From assembly GCA_945863965.1 (NCBI GenBank), contig CAMBBZ010000001.1, positions 199 through 64,198 on the forward strand: a DNA stretch of 64,000 nt. Reading direction: 5' to 3'. This document shows positions 59,211 to 64,000 of this stretch, in pieces. Made by a program: the position numbers and the translations under genes. Source of the stretch: Chitinophaga pinensis (GTDB taxonomy: Bacteria > Bacteroidota > Bacteroidia > NS11-12g > UBA955). The notes beneath the pieces are model-generated. The model ran no database searches, was not told the DNA's origin, and was given only the letters and a program-made list of their open reading frames with translations. Within the stretch, counting starts at the first letter, position 1. Each line of letters begins with the position of its first letter.

Positions 59211-61361
59211 TTAGGACAACATTAATAATTCACGGTACTTGGGTAAGGTCCAATCGGCATCATCACACAAGCGTTCCATTTCATCAGATACTGCCCGCAA
59301 TTCATCAAACAAGGGTCTCAAAACATTATTAAACACCAACGCCCTGTCTTTGGCATGCTCATTGGCCATGGCCTTTTCGTTTTCTTCAATCAAATTATTA
59401 TTAAGTTGCTGGGCCGAGTTTATCAAACCGCTAAAAGTGCGCAACAAATCCATTTGGGCCGTCATTAATGACGGTTCAATACCAATAGATTTCATATCTG
59501 CCAATCCTTTTGCAATTCTACCTTGGTATTTAATTGCCGAAGGAATTACAAACGTTTGAATCATTTCAGACAATACTTTGGCTTCCAATTCTAAACTGAG
59601 CACATACGTTTCATAACGAATTTCAGTGCGTGCTTCCAATTCTTTATGAGAGAAAATGCCGTTTTCGGTAAACAAAGCCACACTTTTTGGCGCTAAATAG
59701 GCTTGTAAAGCCTCAGCCGTATTTTTCACATTGCTCAACCCACGCTTTTTCGCTTCTACAACCCATTCATCGCTGTATCCATTTCCCCCGAAAATAATAT
59801 TTTTACTTGAGGTCAATATCGTACGTAGAACCATTTCGATTGCGTCTTCAGTAGGCATACCCGAATTAATTTTCGCATCAACATCTACTTTAAATTGGGT
59901 CAGCTGATTGGCTACTATGGTATTTAACACCACCATGGCCGAACTGCAATTATCGCTACTTCCTACCGCACGAAACTCAAATTTGTTTCCAGTAAAGGCA
60001 AACGGAGAGGTTCGATTGCGATCGGTATTATCGAGCAAAATTTCAGGAATATTAGGAATATTTATGCTCTCTTGCTGACCGTGGTTATTCCCTTCGATTT
60101 TGTTTTCAAAATCATCCAACACCTTAGAAAGGGTATCGCCAATAAACACACTCATAATGGCCGGTGGCGCTTCATTGGCCCCCAAACGGTGGTCGTTGGC
60201 TGCCGTAGCAATACTCGCACGCAATAAGTCGGCATGGTCGTAAACCGCTTTGATTACGTTAATAAAGAACGTCAAAAACTGTAAATTCAATTGCGGACTA
60301 TTTCCGGGGGAAAGCAAATTAACGCCGGTGCTCGTTACCAAGCTCCAGTTATTATGTTTGCCGCTGCCGTTGATTCCTTTATAGGGCTTTTCGTGCAACA
60401 ATACCCGCAAACCGTGATCCGTAGCCACTGCACCCATTACATCCATAAGCAAGGTATTGTGATCTACCGCTAAATTCAAGCTTTCAAACTGCGGAGCGCA
60501 CTCAAACTGTCCCGGCGCTACCTCATTGTGTCGGGTGCGCAACGGAATGCCCAAGCGGTGTGCTTGCTGTTCAAAATCATTCATGAAGGCTTGAACCTTC
60601 GTAGGAATCGATCCAAAATAATGATCTTCCATTTGCTGACCTTTCGCAGGCGTATGTCCGATTAACGTACGACCCGCGTACATTAAATCAGGACGCGCTT
60701 GGTATAAATCTTCTCGTACCAAAAAATACTCTTGTTCCACGCCCAAGGAAACGGAACAATCGCGTACATCGGTATCGAAATATTGACACACATCGGTAGC
60801 CGCTTTGCGCACAAAAGCCAATGTTTTTAACAAAGGCGCTTTATAATCGAGCGCTTCGCCTGTATACGAAACAAAAATAGTGGGTATGCACAAGGTACGC
60901 ACGCCTCCTTTTTCAAGGATAAAGGCGGGTGAGCTTGGATCCCAAGCGGTATAACCACGGGCTTCAAAGGTATTTCGAATACCTCCACTTGGAAAGGAAC
61001 TGGCATCGGGCTCTTGTTGCGCCAATGCTTTACCACTGAAAACTTCTATACCACTATCCACGTCGGTTGGCTCGAAAAAACTATCGTGCTTTTCTGCCGT
61101 AGTACCCCGCAAAGGCTGAAACCAATGGGTATAATGTGTGGCCCCCATATCTAAGGCCCATCGCTTCATCCCACCGGCAATTTCATCCGCCGCATCGCGA
61201 TGCACGGTATGACCGTCGTTGACCGCTTTGTGAATTTCAGCTATCGCTTCGGCCGACAAATACCCTTTTTGGGCTTTGGGACCAAATACCAATTCGCCGT
61301 AGTAGGCCGAAATTCCTTGTGGATGTTCTAAATGTGAGTGGGTGTCTTCAGAATGACTCAT
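59211..61361 (-). CDS. glnN: glutamine synthetase type III
   Basis: About 716 aa from MSHSEDTHS..., the size of a GSIII enzyme. The track's upstream extension was dropped. Confidence 0.8.
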   Translation of the reverse strand: MSHSEDTHSHLEHPQGISAYYGELVFGPKAQKGYLSAEAIAEIHKAVNDGHTVHRDAADEIAGGMKRWALDMGATHYTHWFQPLRGTTAEKHDSFFEPTDVDSGIEVFSGKALAQQEPDASSFPSGGIRNTFEARGYTAWDPSSPAFILEKGGVRTLCIPTIFVSYTGEALDYKAPLLKTLAFVRKAATDVCQYFDTDVRDCSVSLGVEQEYFLVREDLYQARPDLMYAGRTLIGHTPAKGQQMEDHYFGSIPTKVQAFMNDFEQQAHRLGIPLRTRHNEVAPGQFECAPQFESLNLAVDHNTLLMDVMGAVATDHGLRVLLHEKPYKGINGSGKHNNWSLVTSTGVNLLSPGNSPQLNLQFLTFFINVIKAVYDHADLLRASIATAANDHRLGANEAPPAIMSVFIGDTLSKVLDDFENKIEGNNHGQQESINIPNIPEILLDNTDRNRTSPFAFTGNKFEFRAVGSSDNCSSAMVVLNTIVANQLTQFKVDVDAKINSGMPTEDAIEMVLRTILTSSKNIIFGGNGYSDEWVVEAKKRGLSNVKNTAEALQAYLAPKSVALFTENGIFSHKELEARTEIRYETYVLSLELEAKVLSEMIQTFVIPSAIKYQGRIAKGLADMKSIGIEPSLMTAQMDLLRTFSGLINSAQQLNNNLIEENEKAMANEHAKDRALVFNNVLRPLFDELRAVSDEMERLCDDADWTLPKYRELLMLS

Positions 61362-61624
61362 ATGGTTCTTAGGTAAGTTTTGATTGTGAGTGTTAAACTG
61401 CGACAAAGGTACAATCCCCTTAACAAATAAAACCAAGAACCCCCGCTAAAATATTCATATTAAATGCACCGCAATAAACCTGCTTTTATACCCCTATTTC
61501 CGAAATACCCACACCTCATCCACAACGCAATTGTGCTATTCATTTACGGCGTTAGGCGGCTTCCCCCGATTGCTTTTTTCAGTTAATAAAGAAAGAACGT
61601 ACCTTCGTTTTAAAGTTTTACCGT

Positions 61625-63817
61625 ATGAAAGGCCTCAAAAAAACCATTATTCTCCTAATTTTCGGGGGAATTTTTACGCACATTTCAGCTCAAAAAATTA
61701 GCTTAACCGATTTTCACAACGGGCGCTTACGCACCAAAACAGGTCCTATTTATCCCTTTACACCCGATGGGAAAGACTTATTGCAAGTGGGAAATTACGT
61801 AGATAGCGCAAAAGAATACCCCAATCATTGGTTTGTAAATATCGTAGATCCCCATAAAAAATTCCAAACCTGCGACACCCTTTTTCATTCCGCTTGGTTC
61901 AAAGACAGCTTGGAAGAAGGCGAATTTACCCTTTCAGAAAATCGCAATTTCATGTTGGTGGAAATCAACGCCCAAGCCATTTACCGACATAGTGTTTCCG
62001 TAAATGCGTATGTTGTAGACCTTAAGCAAAAAACAATCCTTTCCATTCCTGGCCGACTCCGATACCCTACCCTAAGTCCGGATAACCGCAAAGTCGCTTA
62101 CGTGCGCGACAACAACCTTTTTGTTTACGATTTAAAGTCCCAATCAGAAACGCAAATAACCACCGATGGCGCCTTTAACAGTCTTATTAACGGAGCCGTT
62201 GATTGGGTATACGAAGAAGAATTTTCCATGAGTCGGGGCTTCGAATGGAGTCCGACTGGACGTTATATTGCCTACTACAAGTTTGATGAAAGCCAGGTAA
62301 ATGAATTTTCTATGGATGAATTTCACGATTTGTATCCCGATCAAGTGCGTTGGAAATATCCCAAAGCGGGAGAAGATAATTCGCGTGTAGATGTATATGT
62401 GTACGATTTAAACAGCAAAACCAATACGCAACTGCCCTTAGAAAGCGAAAAAGACCAATACATTCCGCGCATCCAATGGCTGCATACCGACAAACACCTA
62501 AGTTTACAACGGCTCAATCGATTACAGAATTTCTGGGAACTATTGGTATGGAATACCGAAACATCTGAATTGTCTAAACGCATCCAAGAGGGTCGGGAAA
62601 CCTATTTAGACATCAATGAATCCCTTACATTGGTGCCCAATTCGACCTTGTTTTTGTATTTGAGCGATATTAGTGGATACCGACATATCTACAGCTGCGA
62701 TTATGTGAACGGTCGGATTACAGGAATTACCGAAGGAAAATGGCAGGTGAACGGCATTAATGCATTCCATACCGAAGAAAATCGCATTTATTACAACAGT
62801 ACCGAGGCCAGTACCGTTGAAGACCACGTGTATAGCATTAAGCTAAACGGGAAAGACAAAAAGAGCGTTTTAGGATACCAACCTCTATCGGGAAATCAAT
62901 ACGCCATTACGTCAAAATACGGACAATGGATGTATATAATAAATAGCTGCATGAGCGAAACACCCCATTATCAAACGATTTTGTTGGGAAAGAATTTCCG
63001 TCAGGTTCACGACGATACCAGCTTTCGCAAAAAAGCACAGCAAATGGAACTCAGCGCGGTAACCTTCGATCAAATTCCGGTAAAGGGAACCGAATTCCAA
63101 CTGAATTACTACATGATTAAGCCCAAGAATTTTGACCCTGCGCAAAAGTATCCCTTACTCATGCATTGCTACGGCGGACCCGGTAACAGCATTGCGCGAA
63201 ACAGCTTAAACAGTTATTACGCCTGGTATCAATTTTTAGCCAGTAAAGGGTATATCGTGGTTTGTGTTGACAATCGAGGCACGGGTAACCAAGGCGAAGC
63301 GTTTCAAAAATGCACCTATAAAAATCTAGGTCAACTCGAACAGGAAGACCAAAGAATGGCGGCCGAATTTTTTGGTGGGCTACCTTATATTAACAAGGAA
63401 AGAATTGGTATTTGGGGATGGAGCTTCGGCGGTTATCTCACCTCCTTGTGCATGGTTAAAAGTCCCGATATCTTTAAAATGGGTATAGCCGTTGCGCCGG
63501 TAACCCATTGGAAATATTACGACAATATTTACACCGAACGGTATTTACAACGACCCATAGACAATCCCAAGGGCTACGAAGAAAATTCCCCTATTAATTT
63601 TACCAAAAACATGAAGGGCAATTATCTCATTATTCATGGCACCGGCGATGATAACGTACATTTTCAAAACAGTGCCGAAATGATAAAATCGCTTATTCAA
63701 GCCGGGACTACCTTCGATAGCGAAATTTACCCCAACCGCGCCCATGGCATATCAGATCGAGCCGCACGCGTTCATCTGTTTAATAAAATGACGCGTTACC
63801 TATTAGAAAACCTTTAA
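61625..63817 (+). CDS. S9-family dipeptidyl-peptidase IV
   Basis: 730 aa with a signal peptide, an N-terminal DPPIV propeller, the catalytic Ser GWSFGGY, and a C-terminal Asp/His region. Confidence 0.85.
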   Translation: MKGLKKTIILLIFGGIFTHISAQKISLTDFHNGRLRTKTGPIYPFTPDGKDLLQVGNYVDSAKEYPNHWFVNIVDPHKKFQTCDTLFHSAWFKDSLEEGEFTLSENRNFMLVEINAQAIYRHSVSVNAYVVDLKQKTILSIPGRLRYPTLSPDNRKVAYVRDNNLFVYDLKSQSETQITTDGAFNSLINGAVDWVYEEEFSMSRGFEWSPTGRYIAYYKFDESQVNEFSMDEFHDLYPDQVRWKYPKAGEDNSRVDVYVYDLNSKTNTQLPLESEKDQYIPRIQWLHTDKHLSLQRLNRLQNFWELLVWNTETSELSKRIQEGRETYLDINESLTLVPNSTLFLYLSDISGYRHIYSCDYVNGRITGITEGKWQVNGINAFHTEENRIYYNSTEASTVEDHVYSIKLNGKDKKSVLGYQPLSGNQYAITSKYGQWMYIINSCMSETPHYQTILLGKNFRQVHDDTSFRKKAQQMELSAVTFDQIPVKGTEFQLNYYMIKPKNFDPAQKYPLLMHCYGGPGNSIARNSLNSYYAWYQFLASKGYIVVCVDNRGTGNQGEAFQKCTYKNLGQLEQEDQRMAAEFFGGLPYINKERIGIWGWSFGGYLTSLCMVKSPDIFKMGIAVAPVTHWKYYDNIYTERYLQRPIDNPKGYEENSPINFTKNMKGNYLIIHGTGDDNVHFQNSAEMIKSLIQAGTTFDSEIYPNRAHGISDRAARVHLFNKMTRYLLENL

Positions 63818-63839
63818 TTTTGACACTTATTACCTAATC

Positions 63840-64000
63840 ATGAGCACTGCTACTATTGGAAATCCCGCCCCCGATTTTAACGCGATCAACCAACACGAAT
63901 CGCCCGTTTCCCTTTCCCACTACAAAGGAAAAAAATTGGTTTTATACTTTTATCCAAAAGACGATACCCCCGGTTGCACCGCTGAATCTTGCAACCTCCG
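63840..64000 (+). CDS. bcp: peroxiredoxin (Bcp/thiol peroxidase type), 5' portion; the gene continues beyond the window end
   Basis: Manual translation gives MSTATIGNPAPDFNAINQHESPVSLSHYKGKKLVLYFYPKDDTPGCTAESCNLR, with the peroxidatic Cys motif. Confidence 0.85.
   Translation, partial: MSTATIGNPAPDFNAINQHESPVSLSHYKGKKLVLYFYPKDDTPGCTAESCNL

Overview
This window reads as a Bacteroidota chromosome segment with roughly 45% GC. It is mostly core genome. On the minus strand it carries a partial enolase gene, then carA, a TerC-family membrane protein, and one uninterrupted 17 kb ribosomal super-operon (rpsL-rpsG-fusA-rpsJ ... secY-infA-rpmJ-rpsM-rpsK-rpsD-rpoA-rplQ). That operon ends in two bidirectional terminators, one of them a 51-bp perfect palindrome. 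The rest of the window is housekeeping genes plus a concentration of gliding/type IX secretion (T9SS) loci. These include a PorQ-like barrel next to cmk and an apparent gldA-gldF-gldG-ruvA-sprA operon, whose 2371-aa SprA translocon is translationally coupled to a 753-aa propeller protein with a T9SS C-terminal domain (PorZ-like). The non-core items I could find are few. One is a roughly 650-bp low-GC islet (179-aa orphan ORF) bracketed by 40-bp imperfect direct repeats between carA and the TerC gene. Another is a tandem 51-bp duplication of the truA 3' end. There is also a 1512-aa exported protein of unknown function beside the PorQ/cmk/tpiA locus, and several palindromic candidate operators. 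I did not find a CRISPR array, a tRNA or rRNA gene, an IS element or transposase, or a clear toxin-antitoxin or defence cassette. The ORF track accepts non-ATG starts and the longest ORF, so several N-termini are re-assigned below.
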